From the IMG/VR virus record IMGVR_UViG_3300037067_004637: a stretch of 64,000 nucleotides of DNA; one strand, given 5' to 3'. This document shows positions 41,023-52,147 of this stretch, piece after piece (positions within the stretch are counted from its first letter, which is position 1; each line of letters begins with the position of its first letter). Below the pieces are notes generated by a model that was not told the DNA's origin, searched no databases, and worked only from the letters and a program-made list of their open reading frames with translations. The position numbers and the translations under genes were made by a program. Source of the DNA: an uncultured virus (IMG/VR IMGVR_UViG_3300037067_004637) (taxonomy: Duplodnaviria; Heunggongvirae; Uroviricota; Caudoviricetes).

Positions 41023-41465
41023 CGAACAGTTCAACATTTCTTTTTAAGATCAACCTATAGTCTTTAAACTATCGTTCAGATACCTAATATTGAAAATTAA
41101 CTTGATATCATCCATACTCACTATTTGGAGAAATTAGACTTACCATTGCTGGATTACATCTAATCTTTAGATAATACTGTCTTTTCAAAGGCCAAACCAC
41201 CTTATAGATATAGCTTCTTTAACGGAAAGCTGAGTGACTTTTCTCATTATCTTATTGACCAACTGTTCAAGGAACTTTATTATCTATTTCATCTATTTGA
41301 CAGAGAAGATTTCTCTTCGCTGCTTGGGAGTTTATGGCTACCCATTATCTATATTTATCTATATTATTCTCTTAAATTATTATATCTATAAAACTTACAT
41401 GGGTCGATCTCTTGCTTTCATATTTTTTGGTTTTTTAAATGTTTAATAAATTTTAATTCTATTAA
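40990..41465 (-). ncRNA. Candidate structured ncRNA-1 (about 400-470 nt), family unassigned
   Basis: No credible long ORF, higher GC than flanks, TAAATTTG box at 41473-41480, long-range pair ttgaacagtt/aactgttcga, several local hairpins, terminator. Confidence 0.6.
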
Positions 41466-41524
41466 TGTGATACAAATTTACAATCTTTTTCTGAGATAAA
41501 AAAATATTTCAAAGTTTTTTTTTA

Positions 41525-41790
41525 AAAAAAATAGTGAAAGATACAAATGGATCAGATTTGCTTATTTCCTTCCACTACTTCTGGTTGTTTCTGGCAACCT
41601 TTAGTCTTTAAGCTTTAATCTCTTGTATTACTCCATCAAACTCGTCAGTTTTTGGTACAATTGGCTGTGTAGGAAATATCTACACGCTAAGACTTTTCTA
41701 AACTGTTTCTATCTTAGCTTTAAAAACAGCCCACTACTTTAACTCAGTAGCCCCTTTATCTCTATTAAAAATTTCAATGTACTTAAATTA
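41525..41790 (-). ncRNA. Candidate structured ncRNA-2 (about 250 nt), family unassigned
   Basis: TATCTTTG box at 41796-41803; stems gctaaga/tcttagc, gtgtag/ctacac, ggttg/caacc, gctact/agtagt; ends at a U-tract. Confidence 0.6.
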
Positions 41791-41807
41791 CTCTGCAAAG
41801 ATAATAT

Positions 41808-42191
41808 TTATATTTGAAAATAAAAAATTTTATTTAACTTTTTTCTCCTTACATTTTTTTTTAAATTTTCAAAATATTTATTAATTGATTCAATATCATC
41901 ACTTATTCTAATATAATCACCATAATATTTATGTTCCCAATAAATAGAACCATCATATTTTTCATTATATAAAAATTTATGGTCAATTCCCATTTTTCTA
42001 TTCCAAGTTTGACCATCATTCAACATGAAAATAATTTTTTCATCATTTTTTAATTCTGAAACAATATCTTTTAAACTACATCCTTCTTTATTTATAGGAA
42101 TATTTAATTTATTCATAGCGTTATAATCAAAACCATAATTAAAATTTAATCCAAGACTTTTAATTTCATTTATTGCTTTTTCTGTGTTCAT
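41808..42191 (-). CDS. Hypothetical protein, C-terminal RxxK tag
   Basis: Ends VRRKKLNKIFYFQI. Confidence 0.55.
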   Translation of the reverse strand: MNTEKAINEIKSLGLNFNYGFDYNAMNKLNIPINKEGCSLKDIVSELKNDEKIIFMLNDGQTWNRKMGIDHKFLYNEKYDGSIYWEHKYYGDYIRISDDIESINKYFENLKKNVRRKKLNKIFYFQI

Positions 42192-42208
42192 GATATTTAT
42201 TTTTTTAA

Positions 42209-42499
42209 TTATTTTAATTCTTTACTAAATGTTTCTAAGAATATTCTTTCTATCTCAGGTACAGGATTTTCTTTATTTAAAATACCATCATTCATAGTCC
42301 AACCACAAACTTCAATATAATATTCAATAAACCCAAACATTTTATTTTCTTTTTCATCAAAACTCTTCCATACAATTGTATGTAATTCTGGAAAATTGGT
42401 TTCTTCTCTAATATATTTTTTTTCGTTATATTCAACATCAAAACGACAATATACTTTATCATTGAATATTATAGGTGTTGTATTTTCAATTATTTTCAT
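42209..42499 (-). CDS. Hypothetical protein
   Basis: 96 aa ORF. Confidence 0.5.
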   Translation of the reverse strand: MKIIENTTPIIFNDKVYCRFDVEYNEKKYIREETNFPELHTIVWKSFDEKENKMFGFIEYYIEVCGWTMNDGILNKENPVPEIERIFLETFSKELK

Positions 42500-42514
42500 A
42501 ATATTTATTTTTTT

Positions 42515-45500
42515 TTAATTATTCAAATATAATTTTTTATATTCTCTTTTTAAAACAGACAAATCTTCTTTCCACATCTCTTTATTAGTCTTAACTTCAA
42601 TATCTTTATATTCTTGTTGTTTTTCAACTAATTTATTTTTAAATTCTTCTATTTTTTCTTTAGTTAAAGAATATATGGACATATTTAAAAGGTAATCATA
42701 ACTATCATCAATCTTGATTAATTTATATTCTTCAATATTCTTTATAATCATATCCTTGCTTCTGTTACTTACAACAATTTTATTTAAAACAACTAAACCT
42801 AAAAATTTAATTCTATTTTCTAATATATCTATTTCTCTACGTATCTTATTCAAAAGATATTGTTTTCTTTTATCATAATAATTTATTCTAATATCATAAA
42901 AATAATCAATAATCTGATAAATATCATCATATGATATAATAATACCATTCATATCAAATAATTTCATATTTGAATTATTAATATTTGTTGTTAAACTAAA
43001 AGTATTTATTATATCATCATCTGTCATAGAACTTAATGTTATTCTTGATAATTTAATTATAATTTTTACATCTTTATCAGTACTATGCTTAATATAATCA
43101 ATAATAATCTTATTTTCTATTAATTTATCTAAAATATTGTAATATTTATCATACCACATACCTATTGGTAATTCTGTTATTGTTATTTTGTCAACATCAC
43201 TTCTTTCAAATTTACCATAAGTAACATATTTGTTACCATCTAAAACAATTTTACCTTTAAATCCTTTATAATATGGTTCAATATTTTTTCTGGATTGAAC
43301 ACCATTCATCTTTTTTTCAATATATTCTATAATATCTTCTATATTATATTGTGGTACAGTTGTACTCCATCCAGTACCGATTCCTTCTGTTCCATTCACC
43401 AAAATCATAGGTATAATTGGTATATAAACTTTAGGTTCTATCTGTTTACCATCATCTGTATTATATTCTAAAATTGGATTATCATCATCATTAAAAATAA
43501 ATTTAGTTATAGGTTGTAATTTTGTGAAAATATATCTTGATGATGAAGCATCTTTACCACCAAAAGCTCTTGTTCCAAACTCACCAGAAGGTGTTAAAAG
43601 ATTAATATTATTTGATCCAATAAAATCTTGTGCCATACCTATAATAGCTTGTTCCATACTTGCTGGCCCATGATGATACGATGTTAATGATGTGATTGCA
43701 CCACTTACATTACTTACTTTTTCTTCATTTTTATAATTAAATTTAGTTAAAGCATATAATATTTTTCTTTGTGATGGTTTGAATCCATCAATAACATTCG
43801 GAATAGAACGGATGTTATCACCCATGCTAAATTCTATCAACTCATCATTTATGAAACTATCATAATAAGTTTTAGTTGAAAATTTATCTATTTCATTTGT
43901 TGGGTTATATTTAAGTAACCAATTTTTTCTATCTTCAGCACGTTTATCATTAAAAACCATATCAATTAAATCTTCTGTTAATTGTGGTTCTCTATAATTA
44001 AAACGAATAAGATGTTTACTTATATCTTTAAATATCATTTTTGTTTCAGGTGGCTCTATCGTGCCGAGTCCTTTATAATATTTACAAAAATAATTATTTA
44101 TATCAACTTGTTCTTTCCACTTTTTATAATCATTTAATTTATAAAAATATTTTACAATATTACCTTTTGATGCTCTTAATATAGGTGTAATAAATTCATA
44201 AATAAAATCTAATTGTAATAATTCAGGCCAAAATGTATCAAATAAATTAATAACCAATCCTTTAATATGTGAACCATCATTATCTTGGTCACTCATTATA
44301 ACTAATTTACCATAACGAAGCGAAGATATATCAGTATATTTTTTACCAAATTCAAGACCTAAAGCTGAAATAATATTTTTTATTTCAACATTCTCATGAA
44401 TCTTTTTTAAAGCTGTACCTCTAACATTTAAAGGTTTTCCTCTTAATGGAAAAGCACCATAATAATCTCTACCAACCACAGAAAATCCTCTAAGACATGT
44501 ACTTAAAGCACTATCACCTTCTGTAAGAAACAATGAACATTTATGACTTTCATGTGTACCAGCTTTATTAGCATCATCCAATTTAGCTATTCTCACTCTT
44601 GAATTATTACCATTCTTAACAGCTTTTTTCAAAGCTAATTGTTCTTTTAAATCAATATAATCTAAAATTTCTTGTGTTATATCTGATTTAGATATTTTCT
44701 TAATAAAATTATCAGAAACTTCGCAATCTTTTGAAAAACCAGTAGCTCTTGATGATAAAACTTCTTTTGTTTGTGCTGTAAATTCTGGATTAACTATTTT
44801 ACTATTAACAAACAAAAATATTTTTGATTTTATATCATTAGGGTTAATGTTATATTTATTACCTTTTGTTAAAATAGTTTTTAATTTTCCAGTTATATTA
44901 TTAATTATAGTATTAACATGACTACCACCTTCGATAGTTGCTATACCATTAACCATAGAAACTTGTTCAAATCTTTCAAAATCACTTTTAACAACAGCTA
45001 TTTCAAATTTATCATTTAATTTTTCATAAAATATTTCATGATTATCATTTAAATATAATTTAATATAATCTTTGAATGATTTAATAGGTATTAAAGTTCC
45101 ATTATAATAAACTTTTATATTTGGATTATAAGCAGCAATATCAATAACTCTTTTTATAAGAACAGATTTTAAATCATCAGTTAAATTACTTAAACCAAAT
45201 CTTTCATAATCAGGTAAAAATGTTATCTTAGTAAAATTCTTTGAAGATGATTTAATTTTAGGTTTAGGTAATTTACCTTTTTTATCTGTTGAAAGATTAT
45301 CAGTGAAAATTTGTTTAAAGTAATTTTTTCCATCTGCAGTTTCAACTAAAAACTTAGTACTGAATATGTTACAAAGTTTTCCACCCAAACCATTGCGACC
45401 CCCAACTATTCTTTCATCTGTATCATTATAATTTTCACCAGTAAGTAAATGACCAAAAATTAATTCGGGTACATAAACTTTTTCATCTTTATGTATAACA

Positions 45501-45823
45501 ACTGGAATACCATCGCCATCATTCCAAACAGAAATTTCATCACCATTAATTTCAACTTTAATAGACTTTACTTTACCTGTTCTAATACTATGGTCAGATG
45601 CATTAACTAAAATTTCATCAAATATTTTAACAAAACCAGCATTATATTCAATAGTTTTCTTAATAATTTTAATATCATTTAAATTATTAATATCATTAAC
45701 AGTAAAAATATCTTTTGTTTCTGTTTTTATATTACCTATATAAGTATCAGGGCGAGTGAGGATATGTTCTCTGTGTGATAATTTCTTATATTGCTCTTCA
45801 ATTTTAATTTTCGTCTTAGTCAT
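42515..45823 (-). CDS. Single-polypeptide type IIA DNA topoisomerase
   Basis: EHIL.RPDTYIG, DEILVNA.D, GGRNG.G.K, LTEGDSA, PLRGK.LN, DQD.DGSHIKG, DGFKPSQRK, YHHG, catalytic SSRY. Confidence 0.97.
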   Translation of the reverse strand: MTKTKIKIEEQYKKLSHREHILTRPDTYIGNIKTETKDIFTVNDINNLNDIKIIKKTIEYNAGFVKIFDEILVNASDHSIRTGKVKSIKVEINGDEISVWNDGDGIPVVIHKDEKVYVPELIFGHLLTGENYNDTDERIVGGRNGLGGKLCNIFSTKFLVETADGKNYFKQIFTDNLSTDKKGKLPKPKIKSSSKNFTKITFLPDYERFGLSNLTDDLKSVLIKRVIDIAAYNPNIKVYYNGTLIPIKSFKDYIKLYLNDNHEIFYEKLNDKFEIAVVKSDFERFEQVSMVNGIATIEGGSHVNTIINNITGKLKTILTKGNKYNINPNDIKSKIFLFVNSKIVNPEFTAQTKEVLSSRATGFSKDCEVSDNFIKKISKSDITQEILDYIDLKEQLALKKAVKNGNNSRVRIAKLDDANKAGTHESHKCSLFLTEGDSALSTCLRGFSVVGRDYYGAFPLRGKPLNVRGTALKKIHENVEIKNIISALGLEFGKKYTDISSLRYGKLVIMSDQDNDGSHIKGLVINLFDTFWPELLQLDFIYEFITPILRASKGNIVKYFYKLNDYKKWKEQVDINNYFCKYYKGLGTIEPPETKMIFKDISKHLIRFNYREPQLTEDLIDMVFNDKRAEDRKNWLLKYNPTNEIDKFSTKTYYDSFINDELIEFSMGDNIRSIPNVIDGFKPSQRKILYALTKFNYKNEEKVSNVSGAITSLTSYHHGPASMEQAIIGMAQDFIGSNNINLLTPSGEFGTRAFGGKDASSSRYIFTKLQPITKFIFNDDDNPILEYNTDDGKQIEPKVYIPIIPMILVNGTEGIGTGWSTTVPQYNIEDIIEYIEKKMNGVQSRKNIEPYYKGFKGKIVLDGNKYVTYGKFERSDVDKITITELPIGMWYDKYYNILDKLIENKIIIDYIKHSTDKDVKIIIKLSRITLSSMTDDDIINTFSLTTNINNSNMKLFDMNGIIISYDDIYQIIDYFYDIRINYYDKRKQYLLNKIRREIDILENRIKFLGLVVLNKIVVSNRSKDMIIKNIEEYKLIKIDDSYDYLLNMSIYSLTKEKIEEFKNKLVEKQQEYKDIEVKTNKEMWKEDLSVLKREYKKLYLNN

Positions 45824-45882
45824 AAAATATTTTTGTTTTTGCTCACTATATATTCAAAATAAATAGGTTTGTTTATAAAAAA

Positions 45883-46122
45883 TTAAATATCATTTTCAAA
45901 AATTTTATTTAATTTATTTTTTCTATATTCATTTAAAGAAACAAATCTATATGCAAAATAATATATATCATTTTCTTTTTTTATTTTAATAAAAAATTCG
46001 TTATCTTCAATTCTTGTATCACTTACAATATATTTTTTTCCAATTTTAATATCTAAAATTGAATTTTCTAAAAAATTATTAACACAAACAACTGTTTCTC
46101 CAATTCTAAATTTATTATTCAT
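45883..46122 (-). CDS. KOW/SH3-like mini-protein family member
   Basis: KFRIGETVVC...RFVSLNEYRKNKLNKIF, same family as 52172-55276. Confidence 0.65.
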   Translation of the reverse strand: MNNKFRIGETVVCVNNFLENSILDIKIGKKYIVSDTRIEDNEFFIKIKKENDIYYFAYRFVSLNEYRKNKLNKIFENDI

Positions 46123-46161
46123 TAAATATTTTATTTAATTCTTGTTTTCAGAAATATATAA

Positions 46162-47199
46162 TTAATCATTTGAATCATCAAGAATATCATTGATTTTTTT
46201 CTTTCTATTATAGGTCAATATACGTTTTTTTAAATGAATAAAATCTTTTCTATATTCTTCATTTTTTATATCTTTTTCATCCATTTGTAAAATAATATCT
46301 TTTATTTTATCAATTTTCTCAATACTTATATCTTTATTAATCATCATTTTTATTTAATTATATCTATTATTTTACACTTTCTAATAATATTATTAAGAAT
46401 ATTTAATTCCATTTTTTCAACATTACTTATTTTTTCTTTCGATTTTAATTCTTTAATTCTATTATTATAATATTCAATATGATTAATTACGTGGTCTTCA
46501 TACATACTAATAGTTAATTTATCTATTTTGAAATTATCTTCTTTATTCATTTTCTATATTTAATTTATCAAGTTTAATCTCTCTTAATTTAGATATATTT
46601 CCGCTATAATTTAAAACTTTAACATCATTATCCCATTTTTCAATTAAAAGAGGATAAAAATTATTTTCTATAATATCTATATTAAATATACTGTTACATT
46701 TAGAAATTATTTTATATTTTTCATTAAAAAATATTTTATCATAATTATCATCTGTTGCTATATCATATTTCACTTGTGCATAATCTTTTTTATTGTGGAG
46801 AATCATATTTCTATAACTAACTCTATATAATATATTATTTTCAAAATATGGATTAAATATAATATAATCCGATGAAAAGCAATATCTGATATTAATTAAA
46901 TGTTTTTGCTGTGTGATATTAGGTAATATATTTTTTAAAAAATTTAAAACATTTATTTTTTTAACACCATTTATTTTAATATAAACAAAATCATCATCTT
47001 TTATATTATCAAAATATATTATATCTTTATTGAAATTATAATCACTTAGTATATCAATTAAATCTTTATATTTTATACACTCATATGATTTCATTTTATA
47101 ACTTCTTATTATTATATCAAGAGCTTCATGACTTCTTTTAATATGAAATGGTGTATAAATAACAAAACTTAATATTATATTATTATGTGATAATATCAT
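46162..47199 (-). CDS. Three hypothetical ORFs (46162-46347, 46350-46550, 46543-47199), each with a C-terminal RxxK tag
   Basis: End NRKKKINDIL, IRKCKIIDII and LREIKLDKL. Confidence 0.5.
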
Positions 47200-47204
47200 T
47201 CTTT

Positions 47205-48040
47205 TTAATTAATTTTTAAAAGTTTATATTTTCTGGTTTCTTTTTTCATTTGTTTTTCGTAAAATTTTCTAATTATATTACTATTATTAAATATATTATC
47301 TAAATTTTTTTCAACTCTTTTATCTTTTAAAAAAATTTTTGCTAATTCAAAATATCTATTTTTAATACAATCTTGTATGATTGATATACAATCTTCTTCA
47401 AATAATTCATCTAAAAAATCTCCTTCTAATATTAAATCAATAAAATCTTTTTTATTATGTGTTGTAATTAAATATAATAGGTGTCTTATATAAAATAAAC
47501 TATAATCTTGTTTTTTTAATTGATTAAAATTGTTTTTAAATAAAACAAAATCCCCTATTTCAACACACGTACATAAATTTCCAAATATTTGATTAGCTGT
47601 TGACATTTTTAAAGTTTAAAAATTTTATTTATCTTTTTTTCTCTTATTTCTTTTAAAAAATGTTTTTTATAATATGATTTTAATCTCTCAATATTTAAAT
47701 GATTAAAATTATTTAAGTTTTTTTCAAATCTATTATCTATTACTAACAATGATAGTATATCAACTCTTTTACTATTTTTTAAAAATTCTATAATAGTATC
47801 AACGCAAATTAATAAATAATCAACATCTTTAAAATATATATTCGATATTTCATTATTTAATAGATATTTCATCATATCTAATCTTTCAAAAAGTATAATA
47901 TTATTAACTAATAACGAAATATCACTATTTAATAAATTAGATTTATTACTTTTTAATTCTAAAATATTATATTCAAATTCAGGAATATCATTTGATACTA
48001 TAGAATCAACAGCTTTAACAATTAAATAATCTTTTTCCAT
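47205..48040 (-). CDS. Two helical-repeat (degenerate ankyrin-like) paralogues, 47205-47606 and 47609-48040
   Basis: Shared D.R.EKNL.N; end TRKYKLLKIN and IREKKINKIFKL. Confidence 0.55.
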
Positions 48041-48085
48041 ATAAATATTAAACAGTAAATATAATAAAAATTTTTAATATAAAAA

Positions 48086-49747
48086 TTATATTTTTAATAT
48101 TTTTATTGCATTAGTAAAATATCTCGGTAAAAATTTACCATTATAATTCATTATATCTGTTAAGCTTGAATCTAAAATAAAAGTATCTGCATGGTCATTT
48201 TCTGATCTCACACTTCTACCATAACTTTGAATCAAATCAACAATAGTTTTCCACGAATACCAATCTTTATGAGTTTCTTGTCTTCTCTTAATTTTCTTTG
48301 ATTGTATATTAGGATATGGCATTTTTAATATTATCTGAAATCTACTCAAATCATCTTTTAAGTCTACACCAGACATCATACTTGGTGATATCAATATAGT
48401 AGGTTCATCTGAATTTAAATGTTTTTCAAATTTTTCATTTCTATCACTTGTTTCATGAAAAATTAATCTATCACTATATTTTGTGTTTTTAAAATCTCTT
48501 TGTAACCAAGTTGCTATTTCATAATTAAATGTATGAATAATACCTTTTTTATCACTATACTTATCAAAAATCTTTTTTAAATATTCAACTTGTCTTTGGT
48601 ATGTATCAGTTTTTTCTTTATATGTCATCTTACCAGTTTTAATATAATAAATCATTCTATTTTTAACTGGAAAAGGTGATGGTATTTCATGGTATGTTGT
48701 TAAATTTTCTTCTAAACCATTTATCTGACTAAATAATTTATTATTTAAAATAGTAGCTGACATAAATATAACATGGTCATAAGATTCCATAATATATTTT
48801 GGAATATAATCATTAGCCCAAACTGGTTGTATAGTTAATACTCTTAATTCTTCTTTACTTCTTTTATCTATTCTATGATTAACTTCAAGAATCCAATTAC
48901 TTTCATTTGATGCATATTCTTTTAAAAATATTTCTATTGAATTAATTTTACTTTCACATTCTCTAAGTTGTCTTGTATACTTAATCATAGAATCTTTTGT
49001 TGTCTTTATAGTAAATTCATCAGTTTTTTCTATGATGTTTTTTAAATAATTATATTGTTTTTTTAAAGATGTTAAAAATTCATCTTTCATATCTACTATA
49101 AAATCATCTAAATCATTTATTTTAGAAATCATATTTCTAAAAACAGTCAATTCATTATTATCAAAACCACATTTAATAAAAGAATTTATACTCAATTCAG
49201 TTGTTAAATAATCACAAAAAACACTTTCAAAATCATGCGCCTCATCTACTATTAAAACATTAGACTTTCTTGATGTTTTCAAACCAGTTGCGTATATATT
49301 TGCGATATCAAACATATGAAAATTAGTCATTGATACTCTACTATTTATATAATTATTAAGAGCTCTCAAATATGGACAATCATCACATTTATGTTTTTTT
49401 AAATTACATAATTCCATACCTTCTTCACAATTAGTATTATAAGTATAACATTTATAATTTGCTCTACCTTCTAAATTTCTAATATATGGGAATTCATTAA
49501 TATATTGTTTTTGTAATAATTTTGAATTTGTTAAAATATCAAATTTTGCTTCTGAATTTATAAAATTTAAATACCAGTTTATGAACATAACAGATAAATA
49601 ACTCTTACCAACACCTGTTGGTAAATTTAAAAGCATATATTTTTTTCCACTTCGTATAGAATCTTGTAAAAATTTAATACCAGTTATTTGTTGTTCTCTT
49701 GGTGTTAAATTTAAATCGTAATAAATATTTAATTTTTCAGGCTTCAT
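48086..49747 (-). CDS. DinG/Rad3-like SF2 helicase with putative Fe-S cluster
   Basis: Q motif PREQQ, PTGVGKS, LQKQY, GRANY.C plus Cys cluster, DEAH, MSAT, GVDL, K.PYP, Q.YGRSVRS..D. Confidence 0.92.
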   Translation of the reverse strand: MKPEKLNIYYDLNLTPREQQITGIKFLQDSIRSGKKYMLLNLPTGVGKSYLSVMFINWYLNFINSEAKFDILTNSKLLQKQYINEFPYIRNLEGRANYKCYTYNTNCEEGMELCNLKKHKCDDCPYLRALNNYINSRVSMTNFHMFDIANIYATGLKTSRKSNVLIVDEAHDFESVFCDYLTTELSINSFIKCGFDNNELTVFRNMISKINDLDDFIVDMKDEFLTSLKKQYNYLKNIIEKTDEFTIKTTKDSMIKYTRQLRECESKINSIEIFLKEYASNESNWILEVNHRIDKRSKEELRVLTIQPVWANDYIPKYIMESYDHVIFMSATILNNKLFSQINGLEENLTTYHEIPSPFPVKNRMIYYIKTGKMTYKEKTDTYQRQVEYLKKIFDKYSDKKGIIHTFNYEIATWLQRDFKNTKYSDRLIFHETSDRNEKFEKHLNSDEPTILISPSMMSGVDLKDDLSRFQIILKMPYPNIQSKKIKRRQETHKDWYSWKTIVDLIQSYGRSVRSENDHADTFILDSSLTDIMNYNGKFLPRYFTNAIKILKI

Positions 49748-49807
49748 TAAAAAGATAAAATTTTAGTCTTATATTCAAAACCACCAATAAAGTTTTCTTT
49801 TTATTTT

Positions 49808-49816
49808 TAATATATA
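49808..49816 (+). promoter_or_regulatory. Putative phage late promoter TAATATATA (representative site)
   Basis: Recurs mostly 10-40 nt upstream of starts: 2441, 8489, 29411, 32295, 62016 (-) and 10412, 20437, 54616, 62071 (+); also at 25143 (-) ahead of the omega-RNA-like element. Confidence 0.55.
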
Positions 49817-49832
49817 AAATAAAAAATATTTT

Positions 49833-51008
49833 ATGTTGATTAAGAAAATATCTGAATATGATTTTGATAAAATCAATGAAGTTTTAATACATCCAGATTT
49901 TTCTACTGTTACAGAAGATGGTAATTATATTATTATAGCTTTACAAAAATATGTTTATTTTTGTGAATATGATAATGATGAAATTATGCAAAAAATTGCA
50001 AAAATCATTAATGATACATTAAACGTTAAATTTAAATTAGATGTAGATGGTAGTTTTTTAGATATTTTACAAGAAATTAAAGATTATTTACCTAACTGTT
50101 TAGTTTTTGAATATGATATGAATAATTCTGATACATTAAAAATTAATATTGATAATGAGTTTAATCAAGATGTAAATTCATCTAAATATTTTATAGATGT
50201 TCTTAAATTTTTAAAACAAGTTTTAAATGTAAATTTATTAATTTCAGTTGAAGCTATAAATAATATTACAAATTATGAATTAGATATGTTAGAAAATCAT
50301 TATTCAATTGATATCTTAATTGAAAATTGGGAAAAAGATATTAAATATAGAAAATTAACTAATTATGTATATCATGGAACATCTATGGAATATCTTGAAA
50401 ATATTTTAAAAATTGGTTTAAGACCTAATTTTTCACCTTCAAATTTTAAATTTACACAACATAAAAATAGAATTTTTTTAACAAGTGATAAAACAAGTGC
50501 TATGTACTATGCTAATAATACGGCTACCATGACAAAAACACCACCAATTATATTAGAAATAGAAACATCAGGTATAGACCAAGCAAAAATTGATTTTGAT
50601 TTTGATTTCTATATTAATTATATTGATGCCAAACATAATTTTTTCAAAGATGATAAAACTAATTATAATCCAAAAACATTAGCACATCTAAAAAATAAAT
50701 ATATAGGTTCAACTTATAGAAAATTTAGTTACATGGGTTCTATAAATCCAAAATATATAGAGAAAATATATTATAATTTTGATCAAAATACTTATGATTT
50801 TTATAATGTAATAGATAAAGAAAATTTTAAAGATTTTTTAAATATGTATAATGATTTAATTGATAATGGTGTTGAATTAACACATTTAAATTATAAATTT
50901 GATAAAGTATATTATAATGATTTATTACATAATAATGAATTAGAAGAAGTACAAGAAAATAAAAAAATTTTATTATTTGAAGATTATGCAAAAAAGTGGA
51001 ATAAATAG
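49833..51008 (+). CDS. Protein with C-terminal ADP-ribosyltransferase-like domain and CTS-like leader
   Basis: VYHGTS...L.NIL..GLRP, IFLTS, A..YA, ILEI, Y.G.I.PKYI; leader MLIKKISEY...INE. Confidence 0.65.
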   Translation: MLIKKISEYDFDKINEVLIHPDFSTVTEDGNYIIIALQKYVYFCEYDNDEIMQKIAKIINDTLNVKFKLDVDGSFLDILQEIKDYLPNCLVFEYDMNNSDTLKINIDNEFNQDVNSSKYFIDVLKFLKQVLNVNLLISVEAINNITNYELDMLENHYSIDILIENWEKDIKYRKLTNYVYHGTSMEYLENILKIGLRPNFSPSNFKFTQHKNRIFLTSDKTSAMYYANNTATMTKTPPIILEIETSGIDQAKIDFDFDFYINYIDAKHNFFKDDKTNYNPKTLAHLKNKYIGSTYRKFSYMGSINPKYIEKIYYNFDQNTYDFYNVIDKENFKDFLNMYNDLIDNGVELTHLNYKFDKVYYNDLLHNNELEEVQENKKILLFEDYAKKWNK

Positions 51009-52029
51009 TGAATTTGTAAATAAAATATCTATACTTGATCCGATATTAGCATATTATTTTAATGGTGTCCAAAATGCTATGAAAATAATATTGATAAATG
51101 AACCTTACAATATACCAGAAAATATTATAGAAGATTTTATAAATCTATTTTTTATTAATAAATATAGAGATGGTTTAGGTATTAAAAATATAGTGGCAGA
51201 TTCATTTCAAAAAGAAGATGATTATGAAACTTGTGCTAAAAATTTATTAGATAGATATTATAAAAAATTTTATGTTAATTTTTATTCTAATGTAAACTCA
51301 AAATTACCAAGAGAAATAGCTGTGGAAAATAATAAGTCTAAATATATTCAATTCTTAAACGAAAATAAAATTGAACATGATGGTGAAAACGGTTTTATAT
51401 TATTCATGAAAATTCTTGATAAATTAAATATAAAATTTATTATTCCAAAAAATAAAAGATATTTAAATACTGGAACATATAATTTATTTTTTTATACATC
51501 CATTATACCACATTATATGTTATTAATAGATGAATTAGAATTAAGAAAATCTTTAACAACAACTCATAATATTTTCTTATCTGTTCAAAATACTTCAGAA
51601 TTATCAATATATTTCTCTATAAGAAATTATTCTTTAGAGTATGGATTTTATGATATGGATAATAATAAAATATTTACTTCTGGTTCATTTAAAACAAACT
51701 CATCTTTCATTAAAAAATTAGCCGATTTTAATTCAACAGTAAATATTTTCTCTCTAATAAATTCTTTAAATTTAAGCAATCTTAATTTTTTAAGTAAAAT
51801 AAGAAATATATTTAAAGATTTTTTAAAAGATAAACCAATTATTATATTAAATGATAAAATATTATACAAATCTTTTAATATTTCAGATTTTAAAAATCCT
51901 AATACTACTTACGAACAATTCTTAACCTATTTTGGAAATTGGATTCTAAAGAAAAATCTCAATAGTAAAGTAAATTATTCAGTCGAATTAGATAACCAAA
52001 TAGTAAAATTTTATATTAAAATTAAATAA
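50977..52029 (+). CDS. Hypothetical protein (start uncertain)
   Basis: 350 aa ORF. Confidence 0.5.
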   Translation: MKIMQKSGINSEFVNKISILDPILAYYFNGVQNAMKIILINEPYNIPENIIEDFINLFFINKYRDGLGIKNIVADSFQKEDDYETCAKNLLDRYYKKFYVNFYSNVNSKLPREIAVENNKSKYIQFLNENKIEHDGENGFILFMKILDKLNIKFIIPKNKRYLNTGTYNLFFYTSIIPHYMLLIDELELRKSLTTTHNIFLSVQNTSELSIYFSIRNYSLEYGFYDMDNNKIFTSGSFKTNSSFIKKLADFNSTVNIFSLINSLNLSNLNFLSKIRNIFKDFLKDKPIIILNDKILYKSFNISDFKNPNTTYEQFLTYFGNWILKKNLNSKVNYSVELDNQIVKFYIKIK

Positions 52030-52147
52030 CAATATTTATATATTTACATATATAAATTTTTCAAACTATTAAAAAAGGTCCAGAATAGTGATATATTATA
52101 TAATAATATTTATATAAATTTTTTTTATTTTTTATTATTTTTTTTCT

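Noticed and set aside
40990..41790. tRNA, tmRNA, RNase P or hammerhead identity for the ncRNA region
   Set aside because: GTTCGAA is present but there is no cloverleaf or CCA acceptor stem and no tmRNA tag frame; no GAGGAAAGUCC; CUGACGA is not followed by a stem II closed by GAAA
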